Below are positions 38,600-49,500 of a DNA stretch of 64,000 bases, in pieces. The position numbers and the translations under genes are program-made. Source of the stretch: Raillietiella orientalis (Eukaryota); NCBI GenBank assembly GCA_036172245.1, contig JAYWIR010000029.1, positions 1,302,001 through 1,366,000 on the forward strand. Reading direction: 5' to 3'. The notes below the pieces were generated by a model. It was given only the letters and a program-made list of their open reading frames with translations. It did no database searches and was not told where the DNA came from. Numbering within the stretch: the stretch's first letter is position 1; each line of letters starts with the position of its first letter.

Positions 38600-39760
38600 A
38601 AGAATGATGCACAGATAAATAAATGAGGATTGAGATACGCCATTCCCGGGGCATTCATCAAAGGGAAGAGGTCCATTGCGAGGGATGGGAGAAGGGGATG
38701 CTCACTCACCGGCATCTCGTCACTCTGCCCACCGTCGTTCGAGAGCTCCCTGGAACCTCGCATCCCAGGTTGCGCCGCTTCGTCGCCCGTTGTGTGTGCG
38801 CTGCCGCAAGTGACCGACCGGATTCGGGGATCCTCTTGCGACGGAACCTAGACGCCGGGAGCGCACCACTTGTGAACGCGGTTGCCGATCCTGTGGTCCG
38901 GCGCGAAGTACCTTCTGCTTTGCTCCTGAAGCGGTTGGCAGGAAGTCTCCCGCACTGATTCGCTTTTCTTCCGGTCGAAGGTCGTACCGAGCAAGCACGT
39001 GCAGACACCATCTGGTTCTCCAGCGGCGAAGGACTTGTGCAAGAGTTCCTGGTTCCGCCGTAATCGACTTCCTTTAATTGTGGATTCCGCCATTTCCTGA
39101 TTACGTCGATTTTCTTCCATAAACGGTGCGTTTCCATCCGAGGCCCGAGGTTCGCTGGATGCATCCGCTCCTTCCCTTCCAAACGAAGAAGTTCAGTGCT
39201 CTCGCTCTCGTCGAAGTGGTCCTAGGCACTGTTCTCGCTTTCGGCTACGCGACCCAAGGAAAGCGGTCCGCGCGACCGCACAGCCCCAGCCTGCGGGTGG
39301 GTCCGGGTGCCCTTTACCCCCGGCCCCACGTCCAAGAGGATGGGAACGTACCAGCTTCTGCACGCGACGACACCTTCGCGGCCAGACGCGACGCTCCCGG
39401 AAGTCGCGCTACCTCGGTTACCGCTGACTTTTATTCACCCGTTGATGACTGCGCGGCCTGTCTCCGGGAAATGATTGCCCCGCCACCCAGCGGTTCGACC
39501 CGCATGCCCGCGCCGCGGAAAATGAGGGTAGGCTGTACTGCATCTAGGACCGGGCTCATAAGGACGAACAGTTGGTTCTGCGTGATCCGTTTCCCATCAT
39601 CGCATCCTAACTTGCAGCAGGCGCAAAGAGAAAATCTACGCATGCGCGCCGGCTTCGTCCCACCTGAGCGAGTCTTCCTCGCACTGGCACGATACTCACA
39701 CATTCAGCAGCGAATGACTCCCTTGACTCACCAAGAGTAGCCGAAAGTTGCGACCGGGAC
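38600..39760 (-). pseudogene. Possible APE plus RT N-half relic
   Basis: Weak echoes: VRPYEP, PGD, AAGEPDG, SGALPAS, LAMD. Confidence 0.25.
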
Positions 39761-40182
39761 ACAACATGGAAAGGGGAAGGGTGAACCACGGTGTGCCCAC
39801 TTCAGATCTCAGTTGCGACCTTTCGTGTTGGAATGGGATGAATCAGTCCATTCATCTGAGGTCGGATTCTACGCGGAATCGCTGGGCGCGCAGATAGCCC
39901 GGCTCTCATCGCAAGGTGGATTCGCCGGAAGGTGCGTGCGCCTGGGAAGGGGACTGAGGTCTATCGTCGGGTCAGGAAGTTCGTGGAACCCGACAGTGAG
40001 AAGACGGGGGGAACGCGAAGGTGGAGTCCGCCGTATGGAAGGACCAAACAAAAAAGGCAAAACAAGAGGCGATTGAAAGGGATGGCTGCCATCTTGGTGA
40101 TCCAGAAGGACGATGCAGGATAACAGAAAAAAAATTGGGGTTTGGGGATTGGGGTTCTTCTGTTTCCGATGCTTTCCTTCCC

Positions 40183-40410
40183 GTTTTTTTTTTTTTTTTT
40201 CTCGCCAAGTGCTGGAAGAGCCGTTCGCCTTCTTAGGGGGGACTCGCGAATTTCTTAGACACCGTCCATGCCATCTGAGGATGCATGTGAGTATCCAAGA
40301 TAGGGGTACCCCGGTAGGAGACCGTCATACCGGTCCACGAAGGGCTCCGAAGAAAAAATTCCTTTCCTCTTACGGGCATGGTAGGGAACCCCGAAGCGAA
40401 TCTTCCAACA
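40183..40410 (-). mobile_element. Family B 3' end with poly(A) tail
   Basis: T-run then ctcgccaagtgctggaagagccg..., collinear with 62745-63000. Confidence 0.7.
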
Positions 40411-40414
40411 CGGT

Positions 40415-41040
40415 TGTCTCCGATTTCCACCAGGACGTGCTGGGGCGTCTTAAAATTTAAAAGAAACTCCTATATTGTGGTTGATACTTGGTCACGCTAG
40501 GGCATTGATTTATAAAAGTAAACGTCTGTGACAGGACGCTTAATCCTGCCTCTTTACTTCTAACTACGAGAAGGAACCTGCCGGGAACTGGCACGCAGGC
40601 CAGCGGGGTTTGCCTCGGCAGCACAGGAGAAGGAGAGGCAAACAAAAAGCAAAAAAAAATCAAACGAAAAAATACATACAGAAAAAACTGAACGGGGGGA
40701 GAATTAGGGAAGAAATCACCGGGTGCTCGAGGCCATCCTTTGCATCCCTGTGAGGATGCCGACAAGTTCCTGTTTCAAGACTCTTAGTTGGGTCCATCTT
40801 GACTCTATCCTCCTCATGGAGAGCACAGAAAAGTGGATGCATCCTTGTCGTTCTGGGCTCCTCTGGCGTTGCTGCTCCATGCAGCCACGGTCCCTCCGCG
40901 TGGGCAGCAAGGTGCTGCTGGGGATGCAGCCGACGTAATGGCGTCGCGCAGGAAGACGTGCTTTCAAACATCTCTGGCATTGCCGCTGGGGAGGTTCTAA
41001 GGGTCGCGGTAAAGCGTTCTCACAGAGGACGGAGGGCAAC
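40415..41040 (-). mobile_element. L1/Tx1-like family A, 3' fragment
   Basis: RWTQLRVLKQELVGILTGMQR; close to the 36.7-kb copy; UTR matches 33075-33130 and 52070-52130. Confidence 0.85.
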
Positions 41041-41044
41041 TTCT

Positions 41045-41510
41045 ACTGGCCGGGATTGGAAGCCGACCCTCCGGGGTCTTTTTGGGAATCGAAATCAAGG
41101 AGGCGGTTTTCCTCCGGTTGTGCAAAATGGAGCCGTACCATAGAGCTGGTGGATCGATCCAGAGTGTGAAGAAGCGCTCTGCTCCCTTCGAGGAGCGACT
41201 CTCCAGATAAATTGGGAAGCGTCCCTTCTAAGGATGGAACCAAGAGCAATTCCCTTGCAGGTTTCCTTCGAAGAAAAACTTTGGAAGGAGCGTTTCCGAG
41301 TCTCCTTCGAGGAAGAAACGAGGAGTGGGCTCTCTCCGGAGAGAATAAGGAAGAGACAGCCAGGGCGAGGATTCCCTCGTCTTCCCTGTTTCATAGGGTA
41401 ACAGGAACGGACTCCTTCTTCCGGGGTCTTCCCAGATCCATAGGGTGTTACTCCCTCCGGGGATATATCCTAACTTGAAGAGCTACTGCACTCACCCTCG
41501 GGTGGCGTGG
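41045..41510 (+). mobile_element. Family B, central and 3' body
   Basis: Matches 36025-36120 and the reverse complement of 62825-63100 (gtgaagaagc...ttggaagcgtccct; caccctcgggtggcgtg). Confidence 0.7.
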
Positions 41511-42269
41511 ACAGTGGGAGCCCACCCACCGCTGAGTGGACGAGAGGTTCTAGAATAGTCTGCGAAACAGAAAAAGAAAAACCTATGGTGATCCCTCAGA
41601 TGCTCACACAGCAACGCGGATTCCGACTGCAGCATCAGAACCACATCTGCCCAGAAATAAGACGGAACACGGTGAACGCGCCTCGCACAGCTTCTTAGTT
41701 GGAGCCGGCGTCTGCCGTTGCATGAGCTCCTTCGTGCTGGCAGCAGACAGACTCTTCGAGAGGAGAGTCTTGTGCTCTGAGAGTTCACCTGTTGCCAGCG
41801 GGGAGGCGCTGCTGCGACGGAAGACACTGGCTGAAACGAGGACTCATTCAGCGAAAGGATGCACGGATGGGAATGCGTGGTAGGCAGCGTGACACGCGAG
41901 TTCAAATCGAAGTATCTGTTTACTGCAAAAGCGAAGCAAAGCAAAAAAGAAAAAAACTCTGTTGCACTTCAGGGTGTCCTGGAACGAGGGAACAGAAAAC
42001 GGAACCAGGAGCCATGGATTCGTGAATAGAGTGAGTCAGGGTTCCATAGCTTCCGATATGTGCTCCAGCCTAGAATGCGATTAATTGAGCTTCATCTAAT
42101 GATCTGTGCGTTACGAGAGTGCATTACATTCTATGGCGCCTACGTTATTAAACCGAATTTCTATTAATTTCCATTGATTCACGGAATGTGGGATTCTTGA
42201 TCATAGGCACAAAAGAACCTTCTCGTCTTGGTTTAGGGAACTTCCGATCGGATATAAACTCCTCAATGA

Positions 42270-43000
42270 ATTTTCTTTTTTTTTTTTCCCCCAGCATTCT
42301 AGAGATCGGCCAGGACCAAGCAGCGGGCCAATTGCCAGATGGTGGGCATGGAAACCCGTTCGGAGTCGGAATCCGCCATTCGAATGCCGCATCTTCGGTG
42401 TTTTGGACTTTGGCTAGAAAATCTAAATGCGAATTGGCTCCAACTTCAATTTGGTCACCCGACGGCTCGGAGTGATGCGGCGGTGTTTTCTGAAGAATCC
42501 TCTGACGGTTTGACGTGAGCGACATCCTCGTAATCACGCACAACAGACTGCTGTGATGAGCTCGAGCATTTCCCGGAAAAAGCTTCTGTTTCTCCCAAAA
42601 TATGGTGCGCTCAAGGGGAGAGCGGGAAATGGACTTTTTTTCGCAGACGTAAATCTTGACATGTTGAATCGACCGAAAGCTCTCCCCAACAGATTTATGC
42701 TAAGAATTACATCTTGTATGCTGGTCGTCCGTGATTATTAATTTCACTGCCTCTTCAAAAAGAGATTCAAATCACGAAGGTGATTTAAGTAGGAAATTTA
42801 ATGCTCGTTTGAAAACGTGTGTGTGTTATTTATATCAGGAAGAAGGTGCTGCAGCTGTTCCACTATCGAGACGCGAGAAAGCAGCACAGGAGGAAATGGA
42901 CAGTATGAGATCCTGCCCGAAGACAGCCATCTTGACTTCGCCAGTTTGCTGCTCTTTCGGACCCAAGTGGCAAGCAACTCGAGGGAAACATGGAGACGGA
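42270..43000 (-). pseudogene. APE endonuclease relic
   Basis: LATWVRK, VFGQD, KIYV, ILGE, SHLDF, GPG in APE order. Confidence 0.45.
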
Positions 43001-43639
43001 CGGGGTGAAGAAACAAAAAACAAAACAAAAAAGTCTGCGTTGCAAGAAGTGCGGACGAGTTTCATGGGAGGATTTGCTTTGAAGATGGTCCAGGGAGAAT
43101 CCACCTCAACTACGGAACAGTTGCGTTCGATCAGAAATCCACGGAATGCAATCAACAAGAAGAGCACTGAGCACAGTCCGGACGCAGACATGGTCACCTT
43201 GAGAAAATTCATGTTTCCTCTGCTGATTCGTCGATGCTGTTGTGTTAAGAATCTTCTGTGATTGTTCTTTGTTAGATTCCTCGAGATCAAAATTGGGAAA
43301 AATGCATTCTCTGCCTGGGATATTTCTTAGAAGCAATCTTGGAGAATTGAAGAGAAGACTTCGAAATTGGACTTTGCTGCTTTCTGTTCGAACCGGGCGA
43401 TGAGCACCCTGACATCCATGTTGCAAGAAGTAGGAGTATATTTGTAGTCAGACTACTGATCTGTAACGAGCTTCGTCCTTTCTTCTAGTTCGTTCCACCA
43501 GATTCATTGGAGAGTTCTTCGTGAAAGGTTCCAGAAAACGAATCCCAATGGGAACAAATCGACAGAATTCCTTGTTGAAAACCGTCGGGCATTTCCTTAC
43601 TGGGAAACCTAGGGAAAAAAGGGCTCCGTTTTCCTATTT

Positions 43640-44460
43640 TCGTGTTCAACGGGAGGGGAAAGGCACGGCACGGGAGCTTTCAGCTCCCGTAAGAGCACAC
43701 AGTGCAAGAAGCACATTGCCTACTCCTGCACGTGTTTGCATCCCGTGTCCCAATCGATCTCTCCTCTTGGACTGTTGAGTGTGTCCCCTAAGAACTGGTG
43801 ATCTCTCTTCTGTAAACTGAACACTTCCTTGTTCCCAGTTCGTGTTGGAAAAAGGCTGGGCAGCTGTTTCTGAGCTGGGGTTTCCAGTGCGATAAGAGCT
43901 GGGGTTTCCAGTGCACCCTGTTTCCAGGGAAGTCTCATCCCTGAACTGCTTTTGGATTGCGGTGCTCTTCAGGAACTATGGAGGAGGCAGCCTCTTTCCT
44001 TTAGCCCTCTGCTTCTGAAGGACAGGCGATCCTTCAGGCGCAGGGTACTCTCGGCTGGTGAGGTGCTCGCAACGATGGGTTGGTAGCATCCGCTCCATCG
44101 TCACGACCCGCCGTGTGCTCGAGACAGAGGTGCAGCAAAGGGAGGATAGCCACATGACAGCCGCCTACACGTAGAAGGCTTCTAGGCTGCTACCTCACCT
44201 GGAGCAAAGACTCGTCAGGGAGATCACCAACATTCAGAGCCAGTTCCGGGAATAAAGGAGAGGCTTGTGCCGCAGATGTCTATTTCTCCTCTTTCGTTTC
44301 TTTTTCTTTTTTGACCTTTTTTTCTCACTCTGGACTTCTTGAAAACCCTGCCTAGGTGCCCGAGTCCCATCCCAAAGAACTCTTTTTGTTTCTGCTATCC
44401 CAGCACGTTTGTTCGTTTTTATTCAATCAAACGCCCCATGCATGACTGAGTTGCAAATCC
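43640..44460 (+). mobile_element. Diverged family A-related 3' fragment
   Basis: RELSAP, LLLDCGALQELWRR, T-rich UTR, and end motif aatcaaacgcccc. Confidence 0.6.
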
Positions 44461-44509
44461 CTCTTCTATGAGCGGCGTGGTTGCAGGGATACAAGGAAAT
44501 GGAAGTCAT

Positions 44510-45640
44510 GCCATTGCTTCTTCAGGAAGCCATTCACATCCAAGCTGGGAAATTGCTTTTCCCGACCTCCACCATTCTCAGTTCTTGAGGTCGTCTTCCT
44601 TTCTTACATCTCACAGCGGTGCCCAGCGGACTTCGATCCTGAGGGGAGCTCCGAACTTTGCTAGACACAGGCACATGGAATGACCATTCTGCTCGTTCTC
44701 AAACAGAAATACCTCTTGGGTCCCATCGGATTCAGCAAACAAATTGACGCGAAATTGCGGCCCTTGGAAGACCGGTCAAGAACGCTCGGTTTCATCATCT
44801 GCCCTTTTGAAAAGTTGAAACAGAATAAGAAAAGTGCAAATACAGATCTCGGGTAAGCTTGTAATTTTAAAAGCAATTTTGCGGAAAAAGATTGCAACCT
44901 AAATCTCTGGAGTATGAGATCACTGTCAGCTATCCGTCCCTTCCTCCTTTCCCCCTATAATCTTTCGAGGGTCTCCGCTTGAGGCTGCCGAGCTGAGACG
45001 TGATCGAGACGTCTTATGACCAGCTCTGCTGCTGCTTGCAGGTCGTCGAGAGTGTCATGACTCCAGATCGTCGCGGTAAGACTGTTCGGCGTGAGCTGCG
45101 TGGAAAGCCCATCGATGAGTGGGACGTCGCTTTCCATGATCAGAGACTGTCGCTATCGTGCGGCTCAGTCAGCCGCTAAGGAAGAACTGCTTCTTCCCCT
45201 TTCCTGGAATCTGGGTCTTCTGTCCCTTGGAAAGGTTAAGACCTTGTTCCAATTGATTTCGGTGAGAAAACGATGCTTCCAGAAAGACATAGGAGCATGT
45301 CTGAGCACGCCGAAACCATTCCAGATACGTCAAGCTGCAGTGATTCCCCAACAGCTGTACATAGCACATCCTCTCATCATAGGGTTGTGCTCTGATTTTG
45401 ACCCTGCTGTCACTTTCACTTGGTCTTTCCAGAGCAGCCCAGACATTTCCAGTAGCAATTCTTCTGGAAGCCGCTCCTGAGCAAAATGCGAGCCTTCCCT
45501 ACGTAATGAAGTGTTTTTCCCAAAACTGACAGTCTCGAACTTTCTGCCCCACTGTAATTACTCCATTTCATTCCGGTCAGTGAAATGGAATCGGTGTCTT
45601 TCGGATGTCGCACATTCTTGCTCACTGCTAAAGGCTATCA
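44510..45640 (+). pseudogene. LINE ORF2 relic (RT C-half to zinc finger)
   Basis: TILL, LGFII, ELLLPLSWNLGLLSL, SHILAHC. Confidence 0.35.
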
Positions 45641-48600
45641 TTATTCGAGAGATATGCATATCGCCAGCTACCTCACTCTTTCACTTCTTGTTCATCTCAC
45701 CGTAAAATTCTAGATTTTTTTTTTTTTTTCCAGTATATTTGTTTTCCGGATTCTGCTCTTTCATCACATAAGAAAAATCTTAGCGTTTCGTGTCCTCGAA
45801 AACTGCCTGGAACCACTGGAATACGAATTCCTTTGTGCCACTTTACCCCGGCAGTCTGTCGTAGATGATACGTGAGGCAACCTTCACGTGTCACGTTTCA
45901 TTCAATTAGTCTGCTCCCTGTCTAAACGAATGCTCCTGTTCATCTGGACATCAGAGGAAAGTTAAAACGCCCGGCCTTCACCGTTCAAACATATTTAGTT
46001 AATTTCTCAATCTTCTCCCTCATCTCGCCGCGGTCTGCTCCATTATCTGTTGCCACGATCCTCACCGTACTATCCGTTCCTTCCCTAGATACTCAGTATC
46101 TCTCATATGCCTCATCTCGTGTTTCCTGTTTCTTCTTTCGGTGATGGCTGCGTTGTCAAGACTCGTTCAACTTTCCTGCTCTCCTCTTGCACAAAACAAT
46201 CCTCAGTCAAACCGGCGAGGTTCCTTTAACCGAGGAAAAATGGCTAGCGTGGATTTGCTCCATCGAGTGATCTTTTCAGATCAATCTCTTTAATCTTGAC
46301 CGACTAAACTTCGTCCACATTCCTTTGCCGTGCTTCAGCTTTCATTTTGGACGAGTTTCTTTTCACTTTAAGTGTTTATCCTCCCTTGAATCTGGGCTGA
46401 GCAACGAAGTGTTTGTTCCCACACCACGTCTTTGAACGGTTCTTGTACGATCCATTCCATACGGCTGTAGAAGAACTTTTCAAGATGCTGTTTTATCGGT
46501 AAAACTTCCTCTAAGAGCTTTTTCCTTCCTGTGCCGACTTTGCATTTATTTTTTGCATCATTCTTCGCCATATCTTCCTCAGGCGCCACTTACTACATTA
46601 CCAGGACATGTTTTCCTCGTTTCAACTGAGTGCTTCTGCATGGATGTCTTCCTCTTTCCATCGTGCAGAGATAGTGGTGTAGATACAAAGATAGTGGCGA
46701 TCTCGATTTGATCAGATACGGCCACTCGAACATTCTTCTTTTTCCCACCTAGAAGTTCATGGCTTTAAGAGCCTCAGAGCTCTCAAGTCAACACGTAATC
46801 TCTAGAGATTGGATTCTTATTTTCAGCAGTTTGTGAAATTTTTTTCTCTACCCTTTTCCTGCTTGAAAAATTGCGATTTCCACGAGATCAGTGGTATGTC
46901 TGGAACGCTCTGGAAAGCACGGACAGAAAAGGAGTTCTGCTCTCTATCTGGACAAGAAAAGGACAACAAAAAACTCTTAGTTTCACATTCATTTTTCGAA
47001 ACACTCACTGCCCGCCTTTGTCAGTCTGGGAGTTTTCTGAAGAGATATTCGCAAGCTGCAAAAAGCTGCTAACAAGAAGTGAGCAGACAGTTTTGAATCA
47101 GCAGATTTCTTCCTTTTCGTTGTCGGTCCTTTTTTTCTCACAGGTTGTTCCTTCCCGGAAGCCCCGATGTATTTATTCGTGTTATGGCTTCTGACACGTT
47201 AAGCGGCGGCAATATGTTAACGTCACATCCTAGGGTTCCGGGATGTGTGGGTTCGTGCTGCCAATTTCACTGCCACTAATGACGGTCGTTCCGAAGGTGT
47301 GCAGTGCCAGCTTTGTAGACAGAAGCTGTCCCTGAACAGAACTGCTGCCCTCGTTCCACTGATTCGCTTTTCCAAAGATGTAATGGAGATGTGTTTTACT
47401 CATGAAGAGCACGTTTTCGAGATCAGGAGTTCTGATTTTCGGATGCGGTTGCTTATCAGTAATCTCTGCCTCCGGATTTTTTTTTTCTTTGGCTTTTCTC
47501 GCAGCTTAGAAGGATATTCTTGAGCTTAGGTGTTTATAGCTTTCTCGCTCCCTCTTCTGGTTCGGCGGACTCGTGAATTTTCGGAAAACCCTTCTCTTGC
47601 GCATATCATATTTCGATGATTCCTGGATCCGCATCGTGGAAGGAAGAGGTACTTCCTCTTCAAACTTGCTATTCTAGAAATAACTGCAAAATTTCCAGGA
47701 ATGGACCTTTTCGAATTTTTCATTCTCAGAATGCTCTTTCCTTATTCCCTCGCACAAAAATGAAGCACCTAAAGGAATGGCGGAGAGGATTGACCTCTGT
47801 TCCCACTTTTTTGTGAGTTCCTTTCACTTCGGCTGTATCAGAAATTCTCTGGTTCCGATTTGGGCTCCAATTCCTCCCCAGAAAGATCCATTGATGGCAG
47901 AATCTCTGCATTTCGTTTCACGAGGCAGCAGAGATCGGATCCAGTTCGTCTCTGGACCCCGCGATTCTGCCTCTGGAGGTGTGACCTAGCGACTTGGATA
48001 CCCTGCCATTCTCGGTTTGTGCAGAGACACGATCCGAAGAGCTTCCTGCTATCGAGTTCATTGCTGTGGAGGACAATGTATTGCACTGCTTGATGATGAG
48101 CTGCTTGCCAACGCCATGTCAGGAAGCTGGATAAGCTAGAGCAGTATTATTTTTACGGAGAGATCCTCGCATACCCGTTCGGTGCCTGCAAACGCGAGAT
48201 TCTGCCTAAGAAGTAATGCAGAGCATCTTGCTTTCCTTACCCTCATCTTTTAGCAACTTAAACCCTTCCTCATATGCATCACATGGATTGTACTTTCGCA
48301 TGAATTGCTCTCTTCCCGGATGTGATTTGGCGCTCTTTGTTTACAAGCCGCGAGGAGCTTTGCATCTGTAATCTCTGGCCTCAGAGGAGGAGTGATTGAA
48401 TTCAGTGGCGCTGCGGAGGTATTTGCTCTCCTGGAATTCCGATTCATAGCTCCTTCCTTCATGTTTCTAGAATCAGCAGCCGGATGCTCAGTTCTCGAGG
48501 GATGAACAATCAATTCTTGGATGACTCTTCCCTCTTCAGAACCCGTGTTTTCCCTACTGTGAAGAGGTCGTTCGGGAAATGGTGGAAGGACAACACTTTG

Positions 48601-49280
48601 CTCCAGGAGAAGAAAGCTTTTACGCTTGGATCACATGGTCATAAGACTGCTCGAACCCTTTTTTATTCCCATCCCCTCCAACTTCGCTGGTCGCCAGAGT
48701 ATCGTCGGCAGCAGTGCGAAAATTAGGGCGGTTGCTAGGAACGGTTACTGGGGAATTCTCTGCGGTACACATGAAGAAGGGTAGCAGTATTTTAGTCAGA
48801 GCCGCTAACGATTAGACACGCAGGTTTCGTTGCTCACTTATCGGCGACTTAATGTCAACTTTCTTTTTGAGCTGACCGGCCGCAGAGAATAATGGCGAAG
48901 CAAAAACCAGAAAGTGCGGAGGGAAGAAACTGTGGAGCAGTGGGGATCATTCGGTCCTATTTGAGGGACTTGGCACGTCATGGTGCGTGACTTCTTGCTC
49001 ATCTGGTTGTAGTCTTTCGATTCCATGAGTGCATGATGCATCGTGCAACACAGTGATCCTTGTTGGTCAAGGAAAGAACCGTATGGATTTGTGGGCAAAC
49101 GTGCCAATGTGGGAGTAGGCGATTCCCGGCATCGATCGCAGGCAGCCAGCTGCTGCGTGTTGCAGCAGACTCGAGGGAAACAGGAAGGCCGTCTGATTCT
49201 TGCTTGTCTTAGGGAGGAGTGAAATATGACGCGAAGAGCGGAAACAGCATCCTCACAAAAAGACAGCGGGAAAGACCCGA

Positions 49281-49350
49281 GTTGGCGGCCGTGTGGCTGC
49301 GGTCACCGCGCGCGTGAGACCAAGCGTTGCAAGTTCGAATCCACACGTGG
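49281..49350 (+). mobile_element. tRNA-like SINE head (Pol III A/B boxes)
   Basis: tggcggccgtgtgg (A-box-like) and gttcgaatcc at 49333-49342; no convincing cloverleaf. Confidence 0.6.
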
Positions 49351-49399
49351 AGGATGGACGCCGTGTGTTTCGAGTCTTCTCCTCAAGACGACGCTGGTT

Positions 49400-49500
49400 G
49401 GCCCCGAGTGGCTTTGGAAGTGCTGCTTTGGAAGTACCCAGATGGAGTCACTTTGACGTGTTCTCTAAAAAGATCGTCGTCCAGTGGATGGCGTCCCTTC
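49400..49500 (-). mobile_element. Short family A 3'-coding fragment, inverted relative to the adjacent copy
   Basis: aagatcgtcgtccagtggatggcgtccct is almost identical to 34669-34697. Confidence 0.75.

Noticed and set aside
40135..40157. Telomere-like TTGGGG repeats
   Set aside because: Only three imperfect units.
46800..49100. Further RT relics
   Set aside because: Only isolated weak echoes (LPISL, FGFSRS); too little to call.
49400..49500. Twin-priming 5' inversion of the 49.5-kb copy
   Set aside because: The inverted piece corresponds to the 3' end already present at ~51700 and is clearly diverged from it, so it comes from another copy.
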